Below, in pieces: positions 1 to 8,878 of a stretch of DNA of 64,000 nt. Below the pieces are notes generated by a model. That model was given only the letters and a program-made list of their open reading frames with translations, was not told where the DNA came from and made no database searches. A program made the translations under genes and the position numbers. Position 1 is the stretch's first letter. Every line of letters starts with the position of its first letter. The stretch is from NCBI RefSeq assembly GCF_003790525.1, contig NZ_CP033635.1. The stretch is one strand, 5' to 3'. The stretch is from Escherichia coli. GTDB taxonomy: Bacteria; Pseudomonadota; Gammaproteobacteria; Enterobacterales; Enterobacteriaceae.

Positions 1-419
1 ACGGCAACCTGTTACGGGTTTATTTAAGCTCTCCGGTCTGGTCGTTGGTGAACTATTCATTACGCCATAGCCAGTTAGAAAGCGTAAGCGGTTTTATTGC
101 CTATCGGCAAAAGCAAATGCATACCCTGAAAGAGATAATTGCCAAACCGCGACTCACCGGCAGGGAATTTCATGATGTGCGAAAAATCATCAGCCAGCAG
201 GTTTCTTATTACGACACCTTAAGATCGCTTGATCCTGAAAATAAAGAAGCGTTACAGATTTCCCGCTTCCTCGCCGCCATTAATGGCCTGATGGGGGATA
301 AACATGACGACATGGTGGCGGATGATATGGAAAACCGCCATTCGTATGATGCACCGATGGCGCTGGATAGCGATATTCGTCAGCGCTTAGAACTGCTGAT
401 TTCGCGTTTTCCTCTATAA
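1..419 (+). CDS. C-terminal part of an ORF entering from upstream of the window; hypothetical protein
   Basis: Reading frame is open from position 3 to the stop at 417-419 (the track's 45..419 is only the first in-window start codon); next gene starts 9 bp later behind a GGAG, so operon-like. No recognisable motif. Confidence 0.35.
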   Translation, partial: GNLLRVYLSSPVWSLVNYSLRHSQLESVSGFIAYRQKQMHTLKEIIAKPRLTGREFHDVRKIISQQVSYYDTLRSLDPENKEALQISRFLAAINGLMGDKHDDMVADDMENRHSYDAPMALDSDIRQRLELLISRFPL

Positions 420-427
420 CCGGAGCA

Positions 428-991
428 ATGATGTCATCTCGTTTGATTATTGCGCTGGTTATCATGCTCTTAGCCTCGGGTGTGCAGGCACACAATTTCG
501 TCACTGGCAAAACGGTTACCCCTGTTTATATCCAGGAAGGCGGCGAGCTGCTTCTGAATAGCGAAGACGAAATTCACTACCAAAAGTGGAACAGCACCCA
601 ATTGGCGGGAAAAGTCCGCATTATTCAGTATATCGCCGGGCGTAAGTCGGCGAAGAAAAAGAACTCACTGTTAATTAAAGCGGTTGAAGCGGCAAACTTT
701 CCGCAGGATCGTTTTCAGCCCACCACCATTGTGAACACCGATGATGCCATCTTTGGTACTGGCTATTTTGTCGTTGGCAAAATCGAAAAAAATAAACGCC
801 GCTATCCGTGGGCGCAATTCGTTATTGACGGCAATGGACTGGGACGCGTTGCCTGGCGGTTGCCGGAGCAGAGTTCAACCATTCTGGTGCTGAATAAAGA
901 CGGGCAAATTCAGTGGGCAAAGGACGGCAGCCTGACGCCGGAAGAGGTAGATCATGTCATTGCGCTGGCGCAGAAACTGATCAATGAATAA
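428..991 (+). CDS. Exported/periplasmic protein, YtfJ-like family (uncertain)
   Basis: ATGATG start preceded by GGAG; N-terminal signal peptide (MMSSRLIIALVIMLLASGVQA); size and composition resemble YtfJ-type periplasmic proteins; family call from memory only. Confidence 0.5.
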   Translation: MMSSRLIIALVIMLLASGVQAHNFVTGKTVTPVYIQEGGELLLNSEDEIHYQKWNSTQLAGKVRIIQYIAGRKSAKKKNSLLIKAVEAANFPQDRFQPTTIVNTDDAIFGTGYFVVGKIEKNKRRYPWAQFVIDGNGLGRVAWRLPEQSSTILVLNKDGQIQWAKDGSLTPEEVDHVIALAQKLINE

Positions 992-1021
992 AAAATTCAA
1001 AGGATTGAGGGTGTTAGTGAG

Positions 1022-2092
1022 ATGAAGCTGGTTGAACACTACATCATGCGTGGTACGCGCCGTCTGGTGCTGATTATCGTCGGTTTTCTGATCTTTATTT
1101 TCGCCAGCTACTCCGCACAGCGTTATCTGACCGAAGCGGCAAATGGGACCTTAGCTCTTGATGTTGTGCTGGATATCGTTTTCTACAAAGTGCTGATTGC
1201 ACTGGAGATGTTGTTACCTGTTGGTCTGTATGTGTCAGTTGGCGTGACGCTAGGGCAGATGTATACCGACTCGGAAATTACCGCTATCTCTGCGGCGGGG
1301 GGCAGTCCGGGACGCTTGTACAAAGCCGTTCTTTATCTGGCGATACCGCTAAGTATTTTTGTCACCCTTCTGTCGATGTATGGTCGGCCGTGGGCTTATG
1401 CGCAGATTTATCAACTGGAGCAACAGTCACAGTCGGAGCTGGATGTTCGCCAGTTGCGGGCAAAGAAATTTAACACTAACGATAACGGACGAATGATCCT
1501 TTCGCAGACGGTTGATCAGGATAATAATCGCCTGACTGACGCGCTGATTTATACTTCTACTGCCAATCGAACCCGCATTTTCCGCGCCCGTTCGGTTGAT
1601 GTGGTTGACCCATCACCTGAGAAACCGACCGTTATGTTGCATAACGGGACCGCCTATCTTCTCGATCATCAGGGGCGTGACGACAACGAACAGATCTACC
1701 GTAATCTGCAATTACATCTGAATCCGCTGGATCAAAGCCCTAACGTCAAACGCAAAGCAAAATCGGTCACGGAGCTGGCGCGCTCCGCCTTTCCTGCCGA
1801 TCATGCCGAACTGCAATGGCGACAAAGCCGTGGCCTGACAGCATTGTTGATGGCGCTGCTGGCCATTTCATTAAGTCGGGTAAAACCGCGGCAAGGGCGA
1901 TTTTCAACGTTATTGCCACTGACGTTGCTGTTTGTTGCCATTTTTTATGGCGGCGACGTCTGCCGTACGCTGGTGGCTAACGGTGCGATTCCCCTCATTC
2001 CTGGTTTGTGGTTAGTACCCGGACTCATGCTAATGGGCCTGCTGATGCTGGTCGCACGCGACTTCTCTTTGCTGCAGAAATTTTCCCGATGA
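1022..2092 (+). CDS. LptF/LptG-family (YjgP/YjgQ) permease, paralog 1
   Basis: 356 aa; N-terminal TM helix, conserved LPxxL...TLGxxYxxSEIT block as in LptF/LptG, large central periplasmic domain, C-terminal TM bundle; stop overlaps next gene (ATGA at 2089-2092). Confidence 0.75.
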   Translation: MKLVEHYIMRGTRRLVLIIVGFLIFIFASYSAQRYLTEAANGTLALDVVLDIVFYKVLIALEMLLPVGLYVSVGVTLGQMYTDSEITAISAAGGSPGRLYKAVLYLAIPLSIFVTLLSMYGRPWAYAQIYQLEQQSQSELDVRQLRAKKFNTNDNGRMILSQTVDQDNNRLTDALIYTSTANRTRIFRARSVDVVDPSPEKPTVMLHNGTAYLLDHQGRDDNEQIYRNLQLHLNPLDQSPNVKRKAKSVTELARSAFPADHAELQWRQSRGLTALLMALLAISLSRVKPRQGRFSTLLPLTLLFVAIFYGGDVCRTLVANGAIPLIPGLWLVPGLMLMGLLMLVARDFSLLQKFSR

Positions 2093-3168
2093 ATGTTTTC
2101 AGTCGCTATTTAATCCGTCATCTCTTTCTCGGTTTTGCCGCCGCCGCAGGGCTATTGCTGCCGCTTTTTACCACCTTCAACCTGATTAACGAACTGGATG
2201 ATGTCAGCCCGGGCGGTTATCGCTGGACTCTGGCGGTGCTGGTGGTGCTGATGACCTTACCGCGTACACTGGTCGAACTTTCGCCATTTATCGCATTATT
2301 GGGAGGGATTGTTGGCCTGGGGCAGTTATCGAAAAACAGTGAGCTTACCGCCATTCGCAGCACTGGGTTTTCTATCTTCCGTATTGCACTGGTGGCGCTG
2401 GTTGCCGGGATATTGTGGACTGTTTCGTTAGGCGCGATAGATGAGTGGGTGGCGTCGCCATTGCAGCAGCAGGCGCTGCAAATCAAATCGACTGCCACCG
2501 CGTTGGGGGAGGACGATGACATTACCGGCAATATGCTTTGGGCCAGGCGCGGTAATGAATTTGTGACGGTGAAATCGCTGAACGAGCAGGGCCAGCCTGT
2601 GGGCGTGGAGATATTTCATTATCGCGACGATCTCTCGCTCGAATCCTACATTTTTGCACGCAGTGCCTCCATTGAAGACGACAAAACGTGGATCCTGCAT
2701 GGTGTGAATCATAAAAAATGGTTGAATGGCAAAGAAACGCTGGAAACATCAGATAATCTTGCCTGGCAATCGGCCTTCACCAGTATGGATCTTGAAGAGT
2801 TATCGATGCCGGGGAATACTTTTTCTGTCCGTCAGCTTAATCATTACATCCATTATTTGCAGGAAACCGGACAACCCAGCAGCGAATACCGCCTTGCACT
2901 GTGGGAAAAACTGGGGCAACCGATCCTGACCCTGGCGATGATTTTGCTGGCTGTGCCGTTCACCTTTAGCGCCCCGCGCTCGCCAGGGGTGGGTAGCCGT
3001 CTCGCTGTAGGCGTCATCGTTGGCTTACTCACCTGGATCAGCTATCAAATCATGGTCAATCTGGGATTGTTATTTGCGTTGAGCGCACCTGTTACCGCGC
3101 TCGGTTTACCGGTAGCGTTTGTGTTGGTGGCGTTGAGCCTGGTGTATTGGTATGACAGACAACATTAA
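2089..3168 (+). CDS. LptF/LptG-family (YjgP/YjgQ) permease, paralog 2
   Basis: Start placed at MNVFSRYLIRH (ATG 2089) rather than the track's 2008; same architecture as the preceding gene (TM helices, SELTAIRSTGFS block, periplasmic beta-jellyroll-sized insert); translationally coupled pair typical of LptF/LptG. Confidence 0.75.
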   Translation: MNVFSRYLIRHLFLGFAAAAGLLLPLFTTFNLINELDDVSPGGYRWTLAVLVVLMTLPRTLVELSPFIALLGGIVGLGQLSKNSELTAIRSTGFSIFRIALVALVAGILWTVSLGAIDEWVASPLQQQALQIKSTATALGEDDDITGNMLWARRGNEFVTVKSLNEQGQPVGVEIFHYRDDLSLESYIFARSASIEDDKTWILHGVNHKKWLNGKETLETSDNLAWQSAFTSMDLEELSMPGNTFSVRQLNHYIHYLQETGQPSSEYRLALWEKLGQPILTLAMILLAVPFTFSAPRSPGVGSRLAVGVIVGLLTWISYQIMVNLGLLFALSAPVTALGLPVAFVLVALSLVYWYDRQH

Positions 3169-3170
3169 AC

Positions 3171-3197
3171 CCGCCGTGGCGCAACACCACAGCGGGC
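3171..3197. terminator. Imperfect hairpin between convergent stops (lptG-like stop 3168, alpha-oxoamine synthase stop 3203)
   Basis: CCGCCGTGG...CCACAGCGG stem with 8-nt loop, 8 of 9 pairs; sits in the 34-bp gap between convergent genes; no strong U-tract. Confidence 0.35.
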
Positions 3198-3202
3198 TCA
3201 CA

Positions 3203-4375
3203 TTACTGCTTCAGAGTAGCAAATGCCTGAATGATGGCATCGATTTGCTCACGACTGTGGGCAGCGTTTACGCTACAGCGCAGCAGAGTGATGCCTGCAG
3301 GCGCGGCAGGTGGCAGGATAAGATTCACATAAACGCCCAGCGAAATAAGCTCGCGCCAGATGCGTAAACCTTCCTCTTTCGAACCGATTATTACTGGCAC
3401 TACCGGGCTAATATGTGAACTTAACTCATAACCCAGTTTTTGCAGACCATCATACAGATGGTTGGCGTTATCCATCAGTTTTTGCCGCAGCTCTGGTTGT
3501 GTGGCAATGGTTCTTAACGACGAGCGCACGGTCGCAATGCAGGACGGAGAAGGAGAGGCGGTAAAAATATACGGGCGGCTGCCGTAGCGCAGCACTTCCA
3601 TCGCTTCCGAACCGACAGCAAAACCGCCAATCGAGGCCAGACTTTTACTGAAGGTGCCAACGATAATATCCACATCATCTTCAACGCCAACGGCTTCAGC
3701 CAGTCCGCGCCCCGTTGCGCCTAACACGCCAAACGAATGCGCTTCATCGACAATCAAATAACCACCGAGACGACGTTTGATATCAACAATTTCCGCTAAC
3801 GGCGCAACGTCACCGAGCATGCTGTAGATACCCTCAACGATGATAATCGCCTCTTTCGCCCGTTCACCGAGGCGAACCATGCGCCGTTCCAGATCTTTAG
3901 CATCGTTATGGCGGAAACGAATAATTTCCGCGCCACCGAGAGAACAGGCGTCATAAATACTGGCGTGGCTGTCGGCATCCAGTAACACCACGGCGTTATG
4001 GTCGGCAAGTGCGCTGATGACGCCTAAATTAGCGGTATAACCGGTTGAAAAAACGATAGCGGTAGGGCGATTGAAAAACTCGGCAATCTCTTTCTCTAAC
4101 GCCAGATGCGGCGCATAACTGCCGTTTGCCATACGAGAACCGGTGGTGCCGGTGCCTTGGGCCGCTAACGCTGCCTGACCTTCGGCGATGGCATCATGAT
4201 TAAAGGTTAAACCGAGATAATTATTGGTCCCGGCCAGAATCACTTTTTTATTGCCGATCCGACCTTCGGTGGCGGAATACACTTCATCAATACAGGTGCC
4301 AAACGGTGTTAACCCGTTGTCACTAAATTGCAGTCTCTCGCCAGCAAGGCGCGCATATTTATCGTATAGCCCCAT
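3203..4375 (-). CDS. PLP-dependent alpha-oxoamine synthase (serine palmitoyltransferase / BioF / KBL family)
   Basis: 390 aa; motifs DEAHSFGVLG and GTFSKSL (PLP-lysine) characteristic of the alpha-oxoamine synthase family; start codon shares one nt with stop of the upstream ACP gene. Confidence 0.8.
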   Translation of the reverse strand: MGLYDKYARLAGERLQFSDNGLTPFGTCIDEVYSATEGRIGNKKVILAGTNNYLGLTFNHDAIAEGQAALAAQGTGTTGSRMANGSYAPHLALEKEIAEFFNRPTAIVFSTGYTANLGVISALADHNAVVLLDADSHASIYDACSLGGAEIIRFRHNDAKDLERRMVRLGERAKEAIIIVEGIYSMLGDVAPLAEIVDIKRRLGGYLIVDEAHSFGVLGATGRGLAEAVGVEDDVDIIVGTFSKSLASIGGFAVGSEAMEVLRYGSRPYIFTASPSPSCIATVRSSLRTIATQPELRQKLMDNANHLYDGLQKLGYELSSHISPVVPVIIGSKEEGLRIWRELISLGVYVNLILPPAAPAGITLLRCSVNAAHSREQIDAIIQAFATLKQ

Positions 4376-4623
4376 TATTTATTCTCCAGCCATGGAAGTA
4401 GAGTTTCCATTAATTGCGCAGGGGTTTTGACATCCAGCAGAATATTAATAGGAATGGAAATATCGAATCTGTCTTCCAGCATCATTAAGAGATCCATCAC
4501 TTTGATCGACTCCAGGCCAAGATCGTTGACGAGATCGCTGTCGGGCTTAATTTCCACACCGTTTTCGACCAAATCCTGTAAACAGGAAAGGATGTAATCC
4601 ATTACTATTTCACGATTTACCAT
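4375..4623 (-). CDS. Acyl carrier protein (dedicated, non-AcpP)
   Basis: 82 aa, acidic, phosphopantetheine attachment motif DLGLESI; operon-internal. Confidence 0.75.
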   Translation of the reverse strand: MVNREIVMDYILSCLQDLVENGVEIKPDSDLVNDLGLESIKVMDLLMMLEDRFDISIPINILLDVKTPAQLMETLLPWLENK

Positions 4624-4654
4624 AGAAACGTTAACACACCTTTAAACAAGACAA

Positions 4655-5569
4655 TCAAAATAGCCCGTTGCGTAATGCGTGTTCCAGGCTAATCCCGGGA
4701 AACCAATTAATATCTTCAGAAATACGGTTATTACTTGCCGACCAGTCGGCATGGGTTAATTCACGGATTTTCGAACGAGTCAGCATCGGTTCTTTACCCG
4801 CCAGACGGCTCAACGCGGTACTGATATCCGCAAGGCAGGTGAGTAGCGGCAGAGGAATACCGACCATCCGCACGGAACCACAGCGGACATCGGCAACAAG
4901 CTGTTGGACACGTTGCCAGTCATAGCCTCCGGCGACGCCATCGCATAATTCATAGGTTTGCGTCTGTACAGTTTCGGCGCTTAACCACTGACCCACTGCT
5001 TGCGCAAAATCGGTGACGTGCAGGAAAGAGAGCTGTGTCTCTGGCGTGCCAAGTCGTGGCAGCAGACCGCGCAGCATCCAGTCAAACAGCGGTTTTAACT
5101 CTTTATCGCCGGGACCATACACGGCTGTCGGGCGAAAAACGCCCAACGTAATTTCGTCAGCCATTGCAGTCAGCTGTTGTTCGGCGACGTGTTTGGAATT
5201 TGCGTACCAGGAGAGTTCGGGATGGCGCGCCGCCAGCGAAGAGATAAACAGAAAACGTTGGCAAAAGCCGCTCTCTTTTGCCGCTTGCATCAGGCGCAGG
5301 CTGCCGTCAACGTTGCAGCGGGTAAAAATCTCTTCTTTGTGCCCGCGCACTTGCCCGGCGCAATGGACCACCGCGCTGGCTCCGGTAACCAGTTCGCTAA
5401 GCGAATGTGTATCTTCCAGCGAACCGCGCACCCAAGTGAGATTATCATTGACGTGAGCGCGGGCAGTACGCGTCAATGCGCGAACGTGAAAGCCGCAGGC
5501 GAGCAGGTTATCAATAATATATTTACCGATAAACCCGGTAGCGCCCGTCACCGCGACAGTTTGATTCAT
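4655..5569 (-). CDS. NAD(P)-dependent epimerase/dehydratase-family (extended SDR) enzyme, probable reductase
   Basis: 304 aa; N-terminal Rossmann motif VAVTGATGFIGKYI; ATG overlaps upstream stop (ATGA). Confidence 0.75.
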   Translation of the reverse strand: MNQTVAVTGATGFIGKYIIDNLLACGFHVRALTRTARAHVNDNLTWVRGSLEDTHSLSELVTGASAVVHCAGQVRGHKEEIFTRCNVDGSLRLMQAAKESGFCQRFLFISSLAARHPELSWYANSKHVAEQQLTAMADEITLGVFRPTAVYGPGDKELKPLFDWMLRGLLPRLGTPETQLSFLHVTDFAQAVGQWLSAETVQTQTYELCDGVAGGYDWQRVQQLVADVRCGSVRMVGIPLPLLTCLADISTALSRLAGKEPMLTRSKIRELTHADWSASNNRISEDINWFPGISLEHALRNGLF

Positions 5570-7317
5570 GCCAGAGACTCCTGCACATGAAGACTGGCAG
5601 CATAAGCCTTCTGATAACGTTTTTTCGCTTCCGCACGGGCAGGCTTGCCGGAGGATGTTCGGGGAATACTGTGGGGCGGCAACAGATCGATATCCGCGGT
5701 AACGCCAAATTCGCTTTGGATCCGTGCTGCCAGCGCGTGGATAAGCTGCCCGCGACGTTCTTCATCGCTGATCCGACACTGGATCTGCAAAATGATTTTT
5801 TCCTGGGCGGTAACAAAAGCAATCGCATCGCCAGAATGAATTTCCGGTTCCTGTTCCGCAATATATTCAATATCCTGCGGCCAGATATTACGGCCACGAA
5901 TAATAATCAGATCTTTAATGCGTCCGGTGACATACAGATAACCGTCCAGCAGATAACCGAGGTCGCCGGTGTCTAACCAGCCCGTCGCGGCAATCTCGTC
6001 TTGTGAAATCTGGTCGCCAAAGTAACCGCTCATCAGGCTAGGGCCGGAGATGCAAATATGGCCTACCACACGTTCCGCGACAGGTATACCTGCTTCATTG
6101 CGGATTTCAATGCCATGTTCCGGCAACGCTTTACCGCAGTTGACGAAAGTCGATACGGCGCGTGTTTCAGCATCCGGCGCGACGGCTTTGCCCTGATATT
6201 CGAGGATGTCGCGATCCACTTCGTTAACCACAACCCCGGAAGCTTCATCAGAGAAGCTGACAGCCAGCGCATTTTCTGCCAGTCCGTAGCACGGCATGAA
6301 AGTTTTATCGTCAAAGTTGACCTGACGGAAACATTCAGCGAATTGATGGAGTTGTTCTGCGGAGATGGGTTCTGCACCAATACCAGCGACGCGCCAGCAG
6401 GAAAGATCCAGTTCAGCGAGATCTTTTTCATTCACGCGGCGCTGGCACAATTCATAGCCAAACGGCGGCGCAACGGAAACGGTGCCGCGATTTTTACTGA
6501 TCAATTTAAGCCATTGCAGAGGACGCATGGCAAAATCCTGAGTGCGCAAATAATCTACTGAAAGCTGCGTGGCGACGGGGGTCAGGAGAAAGCCGACCAG
6601 TCCCATATCATGGTAGAAAGGCAGCCAGGAGACGCAGCGGTCGCCAGGGCGTAATTTTATGCCATCGTGGCTTATAGCACGTAGATTAGCCATCACTTCG
6701 CGATGGGTGATAATGACGCCACGGGGAAAACGGGTGCTGCCGGAGGTGTACTGGAGGTAGGCGATATCGTTCGGAACTGGACGCTGGAGCGCAACATCGG
6801 CTTCCGGTAATGCCTTAAACCAGGCGTGGCTTAAAACATGTAATTCGGGGTTGTTGTTATGCGTCGCGGCATTGACCAGTGGCAACCACTCATCACCAGT
6901 GATAATGGCTGCGGGCTGGCAACTTGCCAGTAAACCCTGCAGCTTGGCGCTCCAGGAATCCCGCTGACCGACGCCCATGGGAATCGCCAACGGGACGGCG
7001 ACTAAGCCGGCATACTGGCAGGCAAAAAAAGCCTCTACGAACCCGCTACTGGTTTCGGCAATCAGCGCCACGCGATCGCCTTTTTTCAGGTTTAGCGATA
7101 ACAACCGCTTCGCACCAGCTTCGGCACGCGCTTTTAACGTCTGATATTCCAGTTGATCTTCAAGTTGGCAACGTCTGTCATAAAAATTCATTCCAGCGCT
7201 ACTCAGAGCGGCATAGTCCAAAGCATCAACCAGCGTTGGAAAATCGGCATAGCGCATAGGTAGGGAATGCGTAAAGATTTTATTAGACATATACACCACG
7301 AAAAAATTGGATATCAA
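5566..7317 (-). CDS. AMP-dependent fatty acyl-AMP ligase / acyl-ACP synthetase
   Basis: 583 aa maximal ORF (true start possibly ATG at 7290 or 7257); AMP-binding motif YTSGSTRFPRGV; first gene of a 4-gene translationally coupled operon. Confidence 0.8.
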   Translation of the reverse strand: MISNFFVVYMSNKIFTHSLPMRYADFPTLVDALDYAALSSAGMNFYDRRCQLEDQLEYQTLKARAEAGAKRLLSLNLKKGDRVALIAETSSGFVEAFFACQYAGLVAVPLAIPMGVGQRDSWSAKLQGLLASCQPAAIITGDEWLPLVNAATHNNNPELHVLSHAWFKALPEADVALQRPVPNDIAYLQYTSGSTRFPRGVIITHREVMANLRAISHDGIKLRPGDRCVSWLPFYHDMGLVGFLLTPVATQLSVDYLRTQDFAMRPLQWLKLISKNRGTVSVAPPFGYELCQRRVNEKDLAELDLSCWRVAGIGAEPISAEQLHQFAECFRQVNFDDKTFMPCYGLAENALAVSFSDEASGVVVNEVDRDILEYQGKAVAPDAETRAVSTFVNCGKALPEHGIEIRNEAGIPVAERVVGHICISGPSLMSGYFGDQISQDEIAATGWLDTGDLGYLLDGYLYVTGRIKDLIIIRGRNIWPQDIEYIAEQEPEIHSGDAIAFVTAQEKIILQIQCRISDEERRGQLIHALAARIQSEFGVTADIDLLPPHSIPRTSSGKPARAEAKKRYQKAYAASLHVQESLA

Positions 7318-7660
7318 AAATAAAATGACAATAATGCGGTGGATTATATAGGCATAAAAGATAAATGAGATAGTATTTTCATCAGTGTGAAAATGAACAT
7401 TGATTTAAATAATGAATTTGAGTTTTTTGTTTTTATTGTGAATGATATTTAATTTATGAATATATTAAGAAGGAGCCTTGTCCGGTCGCCTTAAATCGAC
7501 AAAAGGCATTGTGGCGCTTCTGTGTAGTCTCTGACCTTATCGTAATCATTAATAAATACTATTTATTCGTTGTTTGTATTCATTGGGTTGATTATTAAGG
7601 TGCCGTTCGTTGCTGTTGCAACCTGTTTGTCACCGTTAATTATTTGTTACCCACAGAACT
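7318..7660. promoter_or_regulatory. AT-rich divergent promoter region between the lipid operon and yghO
   Basis: 343 bp, strongly AT-rich, lies between divergently oriented first genes; promoter elements not individually resolved. Confidence 0.4.
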
Positions 7661-8803
7661 ATGGAATGCGATCTGCTGATGATTAAAATTGAAAAAGTAA
7701 TTAATAAAAATGACCTTAAGGCATTTATCGCTTTTCCGTCATCACTTTATCCCGACGATCCAAACTGGATACCCCCTTTATTCATTGAACGCAACGAGCA
7801 TTTGTCTGCGAAAAATCCGGGGACGGACCATATCATCTGGCAGGCGTGGGTGGCAAAAAAAGCGGGGCAGATAGTTGGGCGTATTACCGCGCAAATAGAT
7901 ACATTGCACCGCGAGCGTTACGGCAAAGATACCGGTCATTTCGGCATGATTGACGCCATTGATGATCCGCAGGTTTTTGCCGCGTTGTTTGGCGCAGCGG
8001 AAGCGTGGTTGAAGTCACAAGGTGCAAGTAAGATCAGCGGTCCTTTCAGCCTGAATATCAATCAGGAAAGCGGATTACTGATTGAAGGTTTCGATACACC
8101 ACCCTGTGCGATGATGCCACACGGCAAACCGTGGTATGCCGCGCATATTGAACAATTGGGTTATCACAAAGGCATTGATTTACTGGCGTGGTGGATGCAG
8201 CGAACCGATCTCACTTTCTCTCCGGCGCTAAAAAAACTGATGGATCAGGTACGCAAAAAGGTGACCATTCGTTGCATCAATCGTCAGCGGTTTGCTGAAG
8301 AGATGCAGATCCTGCGTGAGATTTTCAACTCTGGCTGGCAGCACAACTGGGGATTTGTGCCGTTTACCGAACATGAATTCGCGACCATGGGCGACCAACT
8401 TAAATATCTGGTGCCGGACGATATGATCTACATCGCTGAGATTGATTCTGCACCCTGCGCGTTTATTGTCGGCTTGCCAAACATCAACGAGGCGATTGCC
8501 GATCTGAACGGATCGCTCTTTCCCTTCGGCTGGGCAAAATTGCTGTGGCGTTTAAAAGTCAGCGGTGTGCGAACTGCGCGAGTACCGCTGATGGGCGTGC
8601 GGGACGAGTATCAGTTCAGCCGCATCGGCCCGGTGATTGCGCTGTTATTGATTGAAGCCTTACGCGATCCGTTTGCCCGCCGGAAGATCGATGCGCTGGA
8701 GATGTCATGGATCCTCGAAACCAATACAGGCATGAATAACATGCTGGAACGCATTGGGGCAGAGCCGTACAAGCGTTACCGATTGTATGAAAAGCAGATT
8801 TAA
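7661..8803 (+). CDS. yghO: YghO-like GNAT-type protein, apparently full length
   Basis: 380 aa; recognised by position next to glcC and by sequence memory of YghO; start may be the second Met (MIKIEK). Confidence 0.65.
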   Translation: MECDLLMIKIEKVINKNDLKAFIAFPSSLYPDDPNWIPPLFIERNEHLSAKNPGTDHIIWQAWVAKKAGQIVGRITAQIDTLHRERYGKDTGHFGMIDAIDDPQVFAALFGAAEAWLKSQGASKISGPFSLNINQESGLLIEGFDTPPCAMMPHGKPWYAAHIEQLGYHKGIDLLAWWMQRTDLTFSPALKKLMDQVRKKVTIRCINRQRFAEEMQILREIFNSGWQHNWGFVPFTEHEFATMGDQLKYLVPDDMIYIAEIDSAPCAFIVGLPNINEAIADLNGSLFPFGWAKLLWRLKVSGVRTARVPLMGVRDEYQFSRIGPVIALLLIEALRDPFARRKIDALEMSWILETNTGMNNMLERIGAEPYKRYRLYEKQI

Positions 8804-8823
8804 TACCAGATCCTGTTAAGCGC

Positions 8824-8847
8824 AGGGGCGATCCCTCGCCCCTCGGG
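8824..8847. terminator. Hairpin shared by convergent yghO and glcC
   Basis: GGGGCGA-TCCC-TCGCCCC palindrome in the 75-bp gap between the two stops. Confidence 0.45.
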
Positions 8848-8878
8848 GAAAGGGTTAGGGTGAGGGTGAAAACTCGGC

